Part shown: positions 38,609 to 48,901 of the stretch, piece by piece
Layout of the letters: every line of letters begins with the position of its first letter
How positions within the stretch are numbered: the first letter of the stretch is position 1
Source of the DNA: a virus
Taxonomy: Duplodnaviria > Heunggongvirae > Uroviricota > Caudoviricetes
IMG/VR virus record: IMGVR_UViG_3300012286_000299
Location: 109,277-173,276 of that record
Direction: 5' to 3' (one strand)
Length of the DNA stretch: 64,000 bases
Translations under genes and position numbers: made by a program
Notes under the pieces: model-generated
The model's database searches: none
Seen by the model: the letters and a program-made list of their open reading frames with translations, nothing else
What the model was told of the DNA's origin: nothing

Positions 38609-38920
38609 ATGAAAGCCAAAAAAATGACCTTAAGGGATTTAGATGAACTAATTGATTTCTCTGAAAATGAACCTGATCAAATTCATAATCAGACCTACAA
38701 AATGTTAAACCAAGAATGGAATAAGAATAAAAAATTCTCCATAGTTGACTTGTTTGTAGTTGAATTAACTGATGATGATGAAATGGAAGAGGTTATTTTA
38801 ACAGTTCAAGAACATGAATGGGAACGAGCCTTAGAATTAGGATTAGAACATTTTGAATCAGTTGAAAATTATGAAATGTGTGCTAAAGTTAAAAAATTAT
38901 TAGAAACAATTACTTTATAA
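38609..38920 (+). CDS. hypothetical acidic protein
   Basis: 103-aa ORF. Confidence 0.45.
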   Translation: MKAKKMTLRDLDELIDFSENEPDQIHNQTYKMLNQEWNKNKKFSIVDLFVVELTDDDEMEEVILTVQEHEWERALELGLEHFESVENYEMCAKVKKLLETITL

Positions 38921-38952
38921 TATTTATATCATATAATTTAAACTAATATAAA

Positions 38953-39429
38953 ATGAATAACGACTTTAACTTAAAACAATTCCTTACTGAAGGAAAATTA
39001 TTGAAAGAAAGTAAAGAAACTTTTAATACTCCTGAAGATTTAGCTGATTTTCTTAATCAGCATAAAGAAGAATTCTTTAATGAATTTAATACAGATGTTA
39101 TAATGTATGTAGTAGATGCCTTTGGGCCATTTGACGTTGATGGTGAAAATATAGATAACGAATGGGTTGAGGATCACTGGGATCATGAAAATATTAAAAA
39201 TTTTATTAAAAAATATTGGATGAAACCTGAAATGAAATTTGAAGTTGTAGATTTAGATACAGCAGAGGGTAATTTTCCTATAGTAAGTATATCTTGGCCC
39301 GGGTCCGATACTGATGTAGATATGTCAGGATATACATGGTTCCAAAATACTCCTGATACTGATACATCTTTTGGAGGTGATAAAACTGTAAACTTTTTAG
39401 GTAGAAAATTTTGGTATGATTATAATTAA
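38953..39429 (+). CDS. hypothetical protein
   Basis: 158-aa ORF. Confidence 0.45.
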   Translation: MNNDFNLKQFLTEGKLLKESKETFNTPEDLADFLNQHKEEFFNEFNTDVIMYVVDAFGPFDVDGENIDNEWVEDHWDHENIKNFIKKYWMKPEMKFEVVDLDTAEGNFPIVSISWPGSDTDVDMSGYTWFQNTPDTDTSFGGDKTVNFLGRKFWYDYN

Positions 39430-39453
39430 ACTAAAATTTACATATAAAAATTT

Positions 39454-39470
39454 GGCTCCCTAAGGGAGCC
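39454..39470 (+). terminator. intrinsic terminator hairpin fused to a promoter-like motif
   Basis: ggctccc-taa-gggagcc followed by tttgtatatt. Confidence 0.5.
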
Positions 39471-39507
39471 TTTGTATATTTAACATTATAAATTTAAAAC
39501 AATAAAA

Positions 39508-39711
39508 ATGAGTTATTTCCAAGTAAACGTGTCTATTATAGACACAAATGACAAAGGTAAACAAACTAAAGTTACCGAACAATACCTAGTTGACGCTGTA
39601 AGTGTAACTGATGCCGAAGTAAAAGTTACTAAAATGTACGAAGACGAAGGTGGAAGCGTTGATTTCCAAGTTAAAAGTGTTAAGGAAACTAAGATCTTAC
39701 AGGTAATTTAA
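39508..39711 (+). CDS. hypothetical protein
   Basis: 67-aa ORF. Confidence 0.4.
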   Translation: MSYFQVNVSIIDTNDKGKQTKVTEQYLVDAVSVTDAEVKVTKMYEDEGGSVDFQVKSVKETKILQVI

Positions 39712-39747
39712 TACCCGTCCCTATTTATATCCCTCCATATATACGCC

Positions 39748-39951
39748 ATGAAACACCTATTTAAACACAACGACAAACTCTATGTTATCATACGCGATAT
39801 GGCTATGCACAATTTTGAAAACAAAAATGGTAGCATTAACATGGAGGTACTCAAAGCATGGAGGGATCATATGGGGTGCGATCACGTTTTAAGACACAAC
39901 GACCGTTATTTATTAGTACAAACAATACAAGACGCAATAATAGAAGAATAG
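39748..39951 (+). CDS. hypothetical protein
   Basis: 67-aa ORF. Confidence 0.4.
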   Translation: MKHLFKHNDKLYVIIRDMAMHNFENKNGSINMEVLKAWRDHMGCDHVLRHNDRYLLVQTIQDAIIEE

Positions 39952-39952
39952 T

Positions 39953-40157
39953 TATGGCAAGTGAATTTATAAATCACATGAAGGGTAAATACCCGGAATT
40001 AGATATAGACACGATTGTTAAATTAGTTAACCAAAATGTTAACAGTATTCAAACTCATACTAAAAATCCTAACAAACAAATATCTGTTCCATTAGGATGT
40101 GACATGAATAAAAATTTGATAATCAAAACTATTTCAGAATATTTAAAAAAAGATTAA
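39953..40157 (+). CDS. hypothetical protein
   Basis: The track ORF 39858..40157 overlaps the upstream gene. The ATG at 39953 (MASEFINHMKG...) follows the upstream stop. Confidence 0.35.
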
Positions 40158-40158
40158 A

Positions 40159-40410
40159 ATGAAAACAGTAATTAAATACGGAGCAGCATGGTGCGGGCCT
40201 TGTAAGGTTTATGCCCCTAAATTTGCTCAAGCACAAAGTGAAATTTCAGGAGTTAATTTCCAATCAGTAGATGTTGATTCGGGTGATCCAAGAATTGTTG
40301 AACATGGAATTAGAAACGTTCCTACTACAGTGGTAATTGATGAGAATGGAAGCGTTCGTAAACAAACAGGTGTTATGAGTGTAGACCAATTAAGAGCGTT
40401 CATAGGGTAA
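40159..40410 (+). CDS. thioredoxin
   Basis: WCGPCK active site in an 83-aa thioredoxin-fold protein. Confidence 0.8.
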   Translation: MKTVIKYGAAWCGPCKVYAPKFAQAQSEISGVNFQSVDVDSGDPRIVEHGIRNVPTTVVIDENGSVRKQTGVMSVDQLRAFIG

Positions 40411-40434
40411 TATTTATTACCATACACTAAACTT

Positions 40435-41658
40435 ATGGCTCAATTAAAAGATATATTACCTCAAATACCTAAAGATGAATTAGCGATTTTAAAATCATTA
40501 AATCAGGAATTAGGAAAAGAATTAACAGAAGCAACTGCTAAAGAAACTGCTCAAGCTGTTAAAACAATAATTAAAGGATGGAAAGGTTGGTCACAGGCCA
40601 TGTTAGCAGCAATGCTATTAACACCAAATATATCTAATGCCTTAGAGACATACGCACCTGATACTTTAGATGCAATTAAAACTGAAATATCAGGAGAAAA
40701 ATCAAGTGAAATTAAAGGTAACCCAACTGCTGTTAAAACAGTAGACTTCTCACAAACCTTTTCTTCAGGGCAATCAGAAATTGTTAATAAACAAGTTATA
40801 CTTGAGAAAGTTAATGATTTGAAAAAATGGATAAGTGAAAATAAAACTAAACCATTTAAAATTGTAATCACAGCTAGCGAATCAAGAGTACCAAATCAAG
40901 CAGGATTTGAAGAAGGTGAATTGGCTCAAGCAAGAGGTGAAGCAATTAAAGCCGTAGTTGACAATTTAGGAGCACAAGATGTTGAAATCAAATCATTAGT
41001 AGGTGGACCTGCTTGGGATGGTAAAAACAAAGATGATGTTAAATATACTAAACACCAATACATTAAAGTTAGTATAGTAATTGATACAGAAAGTATCTGT
41101 ACTATGAATAGTATTGATGATACAGGTAAACAAGGTAATTCAACCAACAACTTTAGAACATATGATGAGTATCTAAGTGGAGATGGTAATATAACACTTC
41201 ATACAGGAACAATACCTGATAGAATGATTGTATTGGATGAAAATGATAATATCACACACGATACAGGATATGTAGCAACTGATGAGACTAATGCTCAAAG
41301 TGGGTATCAAGAATGGAATTACGTTCCAATTTATGTTTTAAAATTAACTAAATTGAAATCTAATCAAACTGTAATGGGATCAAATGTAGAAACCATTAAA
41401 GTAACATCTTATGAAGATTTAGTTAACAAAATGTTAAAACCAGGAGCTAAACAAGCTAAAAGTGATACTGTAGATAAAGCATTAGAAGAGTTAAAATCAA
41501 TGGTTGAAAGTGGGGTTAAAGAATTTGTTATTTATAAAGTAGGAACAGGTGATTTAAAAGTCGAGTTCATGAATAATAAAGGAGATACTAAAGTGCAAAT
41601 ATTCTCACCCGTTGGTAAAACAGGGTTCAGTTTAAAAGGACAATGTACTAGAATATAA
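40435..41658 (+). CDS. hypothetical protein
   Basis: 407-aa ORF. Confidence 0.5.
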   Translation: MAQLKDILPQIPKDELAILKSLNQELGKELTEATAKETAQAVKTIIKGWKGWSQAMLAAMLLTPNISNALETYAPDTLDAIKTEISGEKSSEIKGNPTAVKTVDFSQTFSSGQSEIVNKQVILEKVNDLKKWISENKTKPFKIVITASESRVPNQAGFEEGELAQARGEAIKAVVDNLGAQDVEIKSLVGGPAWDGKNKDDVKYTKHQYIKVSIVIDTESICTMNSIDDTGKQGNSTNNFRTYDEYLSGDGNITLHTGTIPDRMIVLDENDNITHDTGYVATDETNAQSGYQEWNYVPIYVLKLTKLKSNQTVMGSNVETIKVTSYEDLVNKMLKPGAKQAKSDTVDKALEELKSMVESGVKEFVIYKVGTGDLKVEFMNNKGDTKVQIFSPVGKTGFSLKGQCTRI

Positions 41659-41662
41659 AAAG

Positions 41663-41700
41663 AGGCTTGTTAATTCAAGCCTTTCTTCGTATATTATATC
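41663..41700 (+). promoter_or_regulatory. terminator hairpin (aggcttg-ttaatt-caagcct) fused to promoter-like ttcttcgtatattatatc
   Basis: Hairpin immediately after the stop at 41658, with the motif 19 nt upstream of the ATG at 41719. Confidence 0.5.
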
Positions 41701-41718
41701 AAATTAAAATAATAAGTT

Positions 41719-42327
41719 ATGGAAGTTAAAATCTACAGAGAGCCTGAAAATGAAGCTCTAATATTGGATGAAGAACAATTAGCAGAATATCATGAATTAA
41801 CTGCTGAGTTGGGTCTTCAAGTTGTTGATCAGCAAGAACAAAAAGTACCAAACGTTTATACATTTCTAAACTCTGCTATGACTAAACAATTACATGCTAT
41901 ATGTCCTAGACATTTAAAAGTGGAAGAGTATAAAAAATCTACTATACCTGTAGAGGTATTGAAAGTGTTAAAGTTTGCTAAAGAACAAAACATGTATGAA
42001 GGTTATGAAATTTGGTATAATGATGTTGAACCAGATCCACTGTTAATTGGATGGAATTATTCAAATGATAGAGCTAGAGAAAACAATTATGATTGGCAAA
42101 AAGATAGATTCTTAATGGCTCGTTGGGGTGATTGCGCTATGGAATTACCTGAATTACTACAAGTAGGATTTGATAAGTTAAAACAAGAATTAATTGATAA
42201 AGCTAAACAAGCCATATCAACTTGCAAATCAGTAATAGAAGACCCTGACATGTATGTTAGAAAAGTGTTGAGTGATCAATCTGCTAACATCGATTTAACT
42301 ACTACTTCATCAAACACAATTTATTAA
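41719..42327 (+). CDS. hypothetical protein
   Basis: 202-aa ORF. Confidence 0.45.
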   Translation: MEVKIYREPENEALILDEEQLAEYHELTAELGLQVVDQQEQKVPNVYTFLNSAMTKQLHAICPRHLKVEEYKKSTIPVEVLKVLKFAKEQNMYEGYEIWYNDVEPDPLLIGWNYSNDRARENNYDWQKDRFLMARWGDCAMELPELLQVGFDKLKQELIDKAKQAISTCKSVIEDPDMYVRKVLSDQSANIDLTTTSSNTIY

Positions 42328-42328
42328 T

Positions 42329-42925
42329 ATGAAATTCAAATCACAACAAGCTTTTAATTATCACGAATTAAAAGGGTTATATCCTTACATTAAAGGTACA
42401 AAAGGTTTTATAGCAGGAGGATGCTTCAAAGACATATTTGCAGGTAACAAAGCTAGAGACATTGATGTTTTCTTTGAAAATGAAAGCGACTATAAAAAGG
42501 CTGTAAAACTTTATAAAACCAAAAATAATTTTAAGAAAATATACTCAAACGACAACTGTACAGGGTATAGAGATCTTAAAAACAATGTTGGAGTTGAATT
42601 AGTTAAATCAATATTTGGAACACCTGAAGCGGTGTTGGAGCAATTCGATTTTACTATTGTAAAAGCAGCTTACTATAACCCACCTACAGACGAGCAAGAA
42701 ATTCAATTCATATTTCACCCTGACTTTTTTGAGCATTTGCTTCTTAAAAGATTAGTTTTAGATGATGCTATACCTAGAGCTGTAGCAACACTTAACAGAA
42801 GTTGGAAATATGCTGCTTATGGATTTGGGTTGTGTAGAGAAAGTAAAGTTAAATTATCAAATGAGATTATCAACAAAGGAGTTGTTGATGACATTAATGG
42901 AGATTTATATTTTGGATATGACTAA
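42329..42925 (+). CDS. hypothetical protein
   Basis: 198-aa ORF. Confidence 0.45.
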   Translation: MKFKSQQAFNYHELKGLYPYIKGTKGFIAGGCFKDIFAGNKARDIDVFFENESDYKKAVKLYKTKNNFKKIYSNDNCTGYRDLKNNVGVELVKSIFGTPEAVLEQFDFTIVKAAYYNPPTDEQEIQFIFHPDFFEHLLLKRLVLDDAIPRAVATLNRSWKYAAYGFGLCRESKVKLSNEIINKGVVDDINGDLYFGYD

Positions 42926-42938
42926 TAAAATATATAGA

Positions 42939-43403
42939 ATGTATGGGTTAGTTCCATACAATATTAGCCCAATTCAGCAAGCTATTCAATATGGACATGC
43001 AGTTGTTGAGTATTTGAACAGTTATTTTAATGAACCTGACTGTACTGAGTGGAGATTGAATGATAAAACATTTATTATCTTAAATGGGGGTACAACTAAC
43101 AAATCATATTCAGAGTTTGGTACATTAAATAAACATCAACAGACGTTAAAATTTGCTGGAGTACGTAATGCTAGTTTTTTTGAACCTGATTTAGGAAATC
43201 AATTAACAGCAGTTGTCTTCTTGGTTGATGAAAGAGTTTATGATAAAAAGATGTGGCCTGATTATAATGGGTTATGTTACATGGATGGAACACCTGATGA
43301 AACAGAGTATTATACTTGGAAAATGCAATTTGCTGAAACTGAAGAAGAAGTAAACCAAATATTATTTTTAAGAGATTTCTTAAAACAATTTAGATTGGCT
43401 TAA
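42939..43403 (+). CDS. hypothetical protein
   Basis: The track ORF starts inside the upstream gene. In-frame ATGs at 42918 and 42939 are the likely starts. Confidence 0.4.
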   Translation: MYGLVPYNISPIQQAIQYGHAVVEYLNSYFNEPDCTEWRLNDKTFIILNGGTTNKSYSEFGTLNKHQQTLKFAGVRNASFFEPDLGNQLTAVVFLVDERVYDKKMWPDYNGLCYMDGTPDETEYYTWKMQFAETEEEVNQILFLRDFLKQFRLA

Positions 43404-43442
43404 CTAAAAATTCTTCGTATATTAAATCAAAATTAAAAGGTT

Positions 43443-44180
43443 ATGCCAAAATTATTTAAAGTAGGAGGATGTGTTAGAGATAGGTTGCTAGGAGTAAAGA
43501 CAAAAGATATTGACTTTGTATTTGTTCTAGATGATCTAAACAAAACAGTTGAAGAAGGATTTCAAGAGATGAAATCTTGGATGGAGAATGAAGGATTTAC
43601 AATATTCCTATCAGTCCCTGAAATGTACACAATCAGAGCTAAATTCCCACCTGACCATAAATTCGCTAAATTAGATGCTGACTTTGTAATGGCTCGTAAA
43701 GAAACTGGTTATGAAGAAGGAACAAGACGTCCTGTTTTAGAATTAGGAACTCTTGAAGATGATTTGGTTCGTAGAGACTTCACAGTTAATGCTATGGCTG
43801 AGGATGAGGATGGAAACATTATTGATATGTTCAATGGATTAGAAGATTTAGATTTTATGTTACTTCGTACTCCATTAGATCCAAAAGATACATTCATGGA
43901 TGATCCTTTGAGAATCTTACGTGCATTGAGATTTGTAATTACAAAAGGATTTACAATGTACGTAGATGTTTGGGAAGCAATACAACAACCACACATCCTA
44001 GCCAAACTAACTCAAACTGTAAGCAGTGAGAGAATAAGAGAAGAGGTATTAAAGATGATGGCTGTAGATACTCCAAGAACAATTCGATTGTTAATAGATA
44101 TTGATAATGAAGTGCCAGGATTTTTAGAAGTAGTATTCAAAGAAGGATTGTGGTTAAAACCAACATTTGAAAAAATATAG
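43443..44180 (+). CDS. tRNA nucleotidyltransferase / poly(A) polymerase family head-domain protein (minimal CCA-adding-type enzyme)
   Basis: N-terminal VGGCVRDRLLGVKTKDIDFVFV matches the class II nucleotidyltransferase GGxVRDxLLG...DxD signature. 245 aa, so the head/neck region only. Confidence 0.65.
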   Translation: MPKLFKVGGCVRDRLLGVKTKDIDFVFVLDDLNKTVEEGFQEMKSWMENEGFTIFLSVPEMYTIRAKFPPDHKFAKLDADFVMARKETGYEEGTRRPVLELGTLEDDLVRRDFTVNAMAEDEDGNIIDMFNGLEDLDFMLLRTPLDPKDTFMDDPLRILRALRFVITKGFTMYVDVWEAIQQPHILAKLTQTVSSERIREEVLKMMAVDTPRTIRLLIDIDNEVPGFLEVVFKEGLWLKPTFEKI

Positions 44181-44182
44181 TT

Positions 44183-44404
44183 ATGGAGAATTTTAGATTA
44201 CAAGCACTAGAAAGACGTGCTGAGGAACTAGTATTGGAATTAAGGGAACAAGGATTAATCAATCCAGATTTTGAATTGATCGGAGCAATAATATTTAATA
44301 AGTATAAGGGCTCTGAAGATAGGTTTAATGACCTTATTGGTAATATTGTAGAATTGAGAAAAGAAGCAGAAGACTTCCTTAAAAAACTAAAAGATGATAA
44401 ATAA
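44183..44404 (+). CDS. hypothetical coiled-coil protein
   Basis: 73-aa ORF. Confidence 0.4.
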   Translation: MENFRLQALERRAEELVLELREQGLINPDFELIGAIIFNKYKGSEDRFNDLIGNIVELRKEAEDFLKKLKDDK

Positions 44405-44996
44405 TATAGAACAAATAAAAGGATTGCTTCATTTTGAAGCACCAGGTGATTTTTATATGTTATACGTTTTTAAACGTAAGAAAGATCAGCCTGAAGGTGA
44501 AAGAGATAATCATCAATCAGTACGAACAATTAAGACATACTGTATTGAAAGTATCGATCACTTGGAAAGACGTTATGATGAGATCATACAACTGTGTGAA
44601 ATGTTTAAAGCAAGAGCTTATATTCACGTACAGAAACAGAACCATGCAGATGTATCATTGGAAATGATGATGGCACTTGCTCAACGTATTAAGAACGGAC
44701 AGCCAAATCAAAAAGGTTTATTCGATTCTGTTGTAGGTCAAATCAAGACTCAAGAAAAGAGATGGATTGTTGACATTGATACAAAAGATTTTGACTATGT
44801 GAAGAATGTACATGACTTTATCAATACTTTACAACCTGCAGGGCATAAAACTGAAGCTATTGTACCTACTAAGAATGGTTGTCATTTAATTACTTGTAAG
44901 TTTAATGTAATGGAATTTGCAAAACAATTCCCGGATGTTGATATACAGAAAAAGAATCCAACTTTATTATACTATCCTGATAGTTTGGATTTTTAA
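44394..44996 (+). CDS. hypothetical protein
   Basis: 200-aa ORF. Confidence 0.45.
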   Translation: MINNIEQIKGLLHFEAPGDFYMLYVFKRKKDQPEGERDNHQSVRTIKTYCIESIDHLERRYDEIIQLCEMFKARAYIHVQKQNHADVSLEMMMALAQRIKNGQPNQKGLFDSVVGQIKTQEKRWIVDIDTKDFDYVKNVHDFINTLQPAGHKTEAIVPTKNGCHLITCKFNVMEFAKQFPDVDIQKKNPTLLYYPDSLDF

Positions 44997-45037
44997 ATTA
45001 AACTTCGTATATTTAATCAAATAAAAAGATAAAGGTT

Positions 45038-45490
45038 ATGAAATTAAAAGAAAAGTTATTTGCTGACTTCATCACAGCAATGAAAGCTAAAGATGAAGTA
45101 GCTAAATCTGCCTTAAGTAGTGTTAAAGCCAAAATTATTGAAGCTGAAAAAGCAGCTGGTAATTGGGAACCTACAGATAGTGAAGTGTTAAAGATTATAA
45201 TCAAAGCTATTAAACAACGTGAAGAATCACAAGCTATATTTTTTAGTTCAGGCAGGATTCAACTTTCAATAGACGAAGCCAATGAAGCATCTGTACTGAG
45301 AAATTATTTACCCCAACAAATGACTGAAGTTGAAATTGAAAATGCAATACGCACAATTTCATCTGATATAATTGGTGTTGTTAATAATATGCAGGCCCTG
45401 AAAGGTAAAGTTATTGGTGAATTCAATAAACAATATAATGGGCAAGCTGATATAAATTTGGTAAAGCAAATTGTAGAGCGTATATTATGA
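45038..45490 (+). CDS. GatB/YqeY-domain protein
   Basis: AMKAKDEVAKSALSSVKAKI...SDSEVLKIIIKAIKQREES...GR...NYLPQQMTEVEIENAI matches the YqeY (COG1610) pattern. Confidence 0.6.
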   Translation: MKLKEKLFADFITAMKAKDEVAKSALSSVKAKIIEAEKAAGNWEPTDSEVLKIIIKAIKQREESQAIFFSSGRIQLSIDEANEASVLRNYLPQQMTEVEIENAIRTISSDIIGVVNNMQALKGKVIGEFNKQYNGQADINLVKQIVERIL

Positions 45491-45666
45491 AAACAGTTTT
45501 AAGATTAATAAGTCGTGAGGGTAGTGACTTCATTGAAGTCCCAAACCCTTATAATATGACTCCAAGAAAAGACGATAATTTCGTTTGGAAAGAAAAATGT
45601 TATGTAGTTGATTGGGTTGAGTTTGATTTTGACACAAACACACTTTATATAATTTCAGTAAAATAA
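45487..45666 (+). CDS. hypothetical small protein
   Basis: 59-aa ORF, ATGA-coupled, filling the gap before the ligase. Coordinates approximate to 1 nt. Confidence 0.3.
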   Translation: MKTVLRLISREGSDFIEVPNPYNMTPRKDDNFVWKEKCYVVDWVEFDFDTNTLYIISVK

Positions 45667-45668
45667 TT

Positions 45669-46790
45669 ATGACAAAATTTCCAGCGTTGTATAAACGTTC
45701 AAACAGTAAAGACCACATTAATGAGTGGCAAATCGAAGTTGATGGTTGTATGTTTAGAACTACAACTGGGTTTGTAGGTATGAAAATGTTTACAGGCGAT
45801 TGGACAGTATGTTCTCCTAAAAATATTGGGAAGAAAAACGGAACCACTGCAGAACAACAAGCATTAGCTGAAGCTCAAGCGCTATGGCAAAAACGTAAAG
45901 ATTTAGGTTATTGGGAGGACGTTAATGACTGTGATAAGAAAGTATTCTTCCAACCTATGTTGGCACAAGACTATGATAAACGTAAAGGTAAAATCAAATA
46001 CCCTATCTTATCACAACCTAAATTAGATGGTGTTAGATGTGTCATTAAATCAGACGGAATGTGGTCTCGTAATGGTAAAGAAATTATATCTGCACCACAT
46101 ATATTTGAGAATCTAAAGCATATCTTCGAGAGTCAACCTGACCTAGTGTTAGACGGTGAGTTATATACTTCAGATAGGAGCGTTGATTTTAACACAATTA
46201 TTTCATGTGTTAGAAAGACAAAACCAACACAAGATGATTTAGATATGTCACAACAATACATAGAGTATTGGATGTATGATATAGTAAATGATAAGGATCA
46301 AGGTTATGAAGAGCGATATGAAGATTTAATTGACTTGATGTTGAATTACAAATTAGATACTTTATTGTTTCATGTAGTAGCTACTTATGAACTGCCTGAT
46401 GAAAAACACGTTATTGACCAGTTAAGTCATTACCTTGAACAAGGTTTTGAAGGGCAAATACTACGTGAATGTAATTCGTTTTATGAAAATAAACGCTCAA
46501 ATGGTTTATTAAAGCATAAAATATTTCATGATGAAGAATTTAAAATTCTAGCTATCAATGAAGGTGTAGGTAAATTTGCTAATAAAGCTGCTACAATGTC
46601 GTTTCAAACATCAATTGGTGTTAAATTTGATGCTACTATTAATGGTACTATGGCTTATTTAGAAGAAATTTGGGCTAATAAAGACAATTTAATAGGTAAG
46701 TTAGCAACTGTTAAGTATTTTGAAGAAACTACTGATGGTTCACTACGTTTTCCTAAAGTAATTAATATTGATAGAGCTAGTTATGAATAA
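45669..46790 (+). CDS. ATP-dependent DNA ligase
   Basis: Motif I SQPKLDGVRC (KxDGxR adenylation lysine); 373 aa. Confidence 0.75.
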   Translation: MTKFPALYKRSNSKDHINEWQIEVDGCMFRTTTGFVGMKMFTGDWTVCSPKNIGKKNGTTAEQQALAEAQALWQKRKDLGYWEDVNDCDKKVFFQPMLAQDYDKRKGKIKYPILSQPKLDGVRCVIKSDGMWSRNGKEIISAPHIFENLKHIFESQPDLVLDGELYTSDRSVDFNTIISCVRKTKPTQDDLDMSQQYIEYWMYDIVNDKDQGYEERYEDLIDLMLNYKLDTLLFHVVATYELPDEKHVIDQLSHYLEQGFEGQILRECNSFYENKRSNGLLKHKIFHDEEFKILAINEGVGKFANKAATMSFQTSIGVKFDATINGTMAYLEEIWANKDNLIGKLATVKYFEETTDGSLRFPKVINIDRASYE

Positions 46791-47163
46791 GTTTATATTA
46801 ACAATATTATTAATGAGCAGTATGTTGTGTACTGCTCAGTTTTTTAACAGTGATTTAGATAGAAGATATTTTTATCATTGGGAATCAGTTAATCCACAAC
46901 AGAATGATATGGAAATTATTATTCATAGAGAAAGTGGTAAAGCTAGGGTAACTGAAATTAAATTTGAGAAAGAAGGTAAATTAGGACAAGCTGTTGTTTA
47001 TACTACAGTTTATGTTTGTAAAAATAGAAAAGGTAAAATGGTAGTTGAAACTATTGATCCATCTACATTACAAATCATAGATAGTGAGTATATTCTCACT
47101 AAGGATAAAAAGTTATTGAGAATAACACAAAACGATACTATTACATTTCAAAGGCGATATTAA
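46768..47163 (+). CDS. hypothetical secreted protein
   Basis: N-terminal signal-like segment ILTILLMSSMLCTAQ. Confidence 0.45.
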   Translation: MIELVMNKFILTILLMSSMLCTAQFFNSDLDRRYFYHWESVNPQQNDMEIIIHRESGKARVTEIKFEKEGKLGQAVVYTTVYVCKNRKGKMVVETIDPSTLQIIDSEYILTKDKKLLRITQNDTITFQRRY

Positions 47164-47433
47164 ATGGAAAAAACAGGTAATACTGAGAAACTCAAATACA
47201 CATTTGAAACTGCAGCTAATTTAGAAGTGTTTATGCCTAATTTAAACGATTGGTATAGAGTTACAGCAAGAGAATTTCGCTCATTTAATGGAAAAAGACG
47301 TATAAACAACGTTGAGTATAATGGTGATATATACTTGTATGGAACCAATAAATTAATCGATTTAAACACAGAGATTCAAGGGAAAATAGCAGGTTATAGT
47401 TGGGTTTCTAAAAGAAGAGCAGGAGAGGATTAG
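47164..47433 (+). CDS. hypothetical protein
   Basis: 89-aa ORF. Confidence 0.4.
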   Translation: MEKTGNTEKLKYTFETAANLEVFMPNLNDWYRVTAREFRSFNGKRRINNVEYNGDIYLYGTNKLIDLNTEIQGKIAGYSWVSKRRAGED

Positions 47434-47484
47434 AATTATTAAAACTTTCTTCGTATATTTAAGTATAATTTTAAAAATAAAATA

Positions 47485-47679
47485 ATGTTAGAAAAAATTG
47501 GAACAGTTATTGGATTATTAGTTGTAGTAGCAGTATTATTGGCTTGGCCAGTCCAGTTACTATGGAATGGTTGTTTAGTTGGAGCAGTTGATGGAGTACA
47601 TCCAATTGGCTTTTGGCAAGCAATGGGGTTAAATTTCTTGTTTGGTATGTTATTTAAATCATCTAGTTCAAGTAAGTAA
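47485..47679 (+). CDS. small membrane protein
   Basis: 64 aa with two hydrophobic helices; promoter motif upstream. Confidence 0.4.
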   Translation: MLEKIGTVIGLLVVVAVLLAWPVQLLWNGCLVGAVDGVHPIGFWQAMGLNFLFGMLFKSSSSSK

Positions 47680-47897
47680 TGAGTGGTAAAATAACAAAAA
47701 TTCAGGAAAAAGTACCTCAAGAGACTACACTACCTGATGGAACATATACCGGAACGTGGGGTGGATACACCATTGACGTTAGGTACAAGGACAAGTCTTA
47801 TGAACTTACTACTGAAGAAGGAGTAAGAGGAATGGGATTCAAAGTAGTAGTTCATATTGTGGACGGAGTAGCAACATTCACATCAACAAATAATTAA
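47679..47897 (+). CDS. hypothetical protein
   Basis: 72-aa ORF. Confidence 0.4.
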   Translation: MSGKITKIQEKVPQETTLPDGTYTGTWGGYTIDVRYKDKSYELTTEEGVRGMGFKVVVHIVDGVATFTSTNN

Positions 47898-47899
47898 TT

Positions 47900-48133
47900 A
47901 TGAAGATATCAACAGGATGGAAAATAATATTATATGCTTTTGCAGTAATATTACTAATACAGGGTTTGGATTTATCATATTATTTGATGAATCAAAAAGA
48001 TAGTTACTTAGCTAACTTAGGGATAATAGCCTTAGTAGCAAATATTGCAGCTATAGGATATTGTTTAGTGCAAATAGTAACAAATGCTTTACAACACATT
48101 AAAGAACAAATTAAAAAAGAAGAACAGCCATGA
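47900..48133 (+). CDS. small membrane protein
   Basis: 77 aa with two transmembrane helices. Confidence 0.4.
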   Translation: MKISTGWKIILYAFAVILLIQGLDLSYYLMNQKDSYLANLGIIALVANIAAIGYCLVQIVTNALQHIKEQIKKEEQP

Positions 48134-48501
48134 TTATATTATTTTTATTAGTAATAGCTTTAGTTATAGGAATTATAATAGAGTGTATAAACATGGCTGA
48201 ACATGGAACACCCGCTAAAGATTCTGACATTTTAGAGATGTTAGAGAATTGTGAATCAAGTTATGAAGTAGAAAAAAAATGGAATGACAAATTCAAACTA
48301 AAAGCATCATATAGAACATTAGCACCTACTATACATCAAACACAGTATAGTGTTATATTTCCATATTATATAAGTGATGTAGGTGTTATTCCTATCTGGT
48401 ATAAGTCAGCAGGTAGAATTAGAAAAATATTTGAGGAAAAGATCTCTGCCTCAAAATATGATGTAACAAAGAGAGATAAATTAGGTTTAAATAAAAAATA
48501 A
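48130..48501 (+). CDS. hypothetical protein with an N-terminal transmembrane helix
   Basis: 123-aa ORF. Confidence 0.4.
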   Translation: MIILFLLVIALVIGIIIECINMAEHGTPAKDSDILEMLENCESSYEVEKKWNDKFKLKASYRTLAPTIHQTQYSVIFPYYISDVGVIPIWYKSAGRIRKIFEEKISASKYDVTKRDKLGLNKK

Positions 48502-48504
48502 GTT

Positions 48505-48861
48505 ATGATGATATTATTAATAATATTAGGAGTTATATGGATTGCTGGTACAATAGCATCATTTAGTAGTTTTAAATACTATAAATCAACTTACCAAAAA
48601 TTAGTAAATGGTAATGTTGTGTTTAATTATAAATCAAGTGGGTTATATTGGTTTTGTGAACCTTCAAATAAAGATAAATATATAGATGATGTTGTATTTT
48701 TTACACATCTTGATGGGACTATAAGTGATATAAAAGTAGGAGATGGAGAATATATACATGGGGGTGTATTATCATATATGAGCCCTTATTCACTTTACTG
48801 GTTGTTCAAGTATAAAAATTGGTTTAAAGAAAATAAAGCTAAATTTGATTCTATAAAATAA
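48505..48861 (+). CDS. hypothetical protein with an N-terminal transmembrane helix
   Basis: 118-aa ORF. Confidence 0.4.
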   Translation: MMILLIILGVIWIAGTIASFSSFKYYKSTYQKLVNGNVVFNYKSSGLYWFCEPSNKDKYIDDVVFFTHLDGTISDIKVGDGEYIHGGVLSYMSPYSLYWLFKYKNWFKENKAKFDSIK

Positions 48862-48901
48862 TTTTCGTATATTTAATTATAATTTTAAACAAATAAAGTT
48901 T

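Noticed and set aside
40435-41658. Possible OmpA-like C-terminal motif in the 407-aa protein.
   Set aside because: The resemblance (…ASESRVPNQAGFEEGELAQARGEAIKAVV…) is weak and there is no signal peptide. Left as hypothetical.
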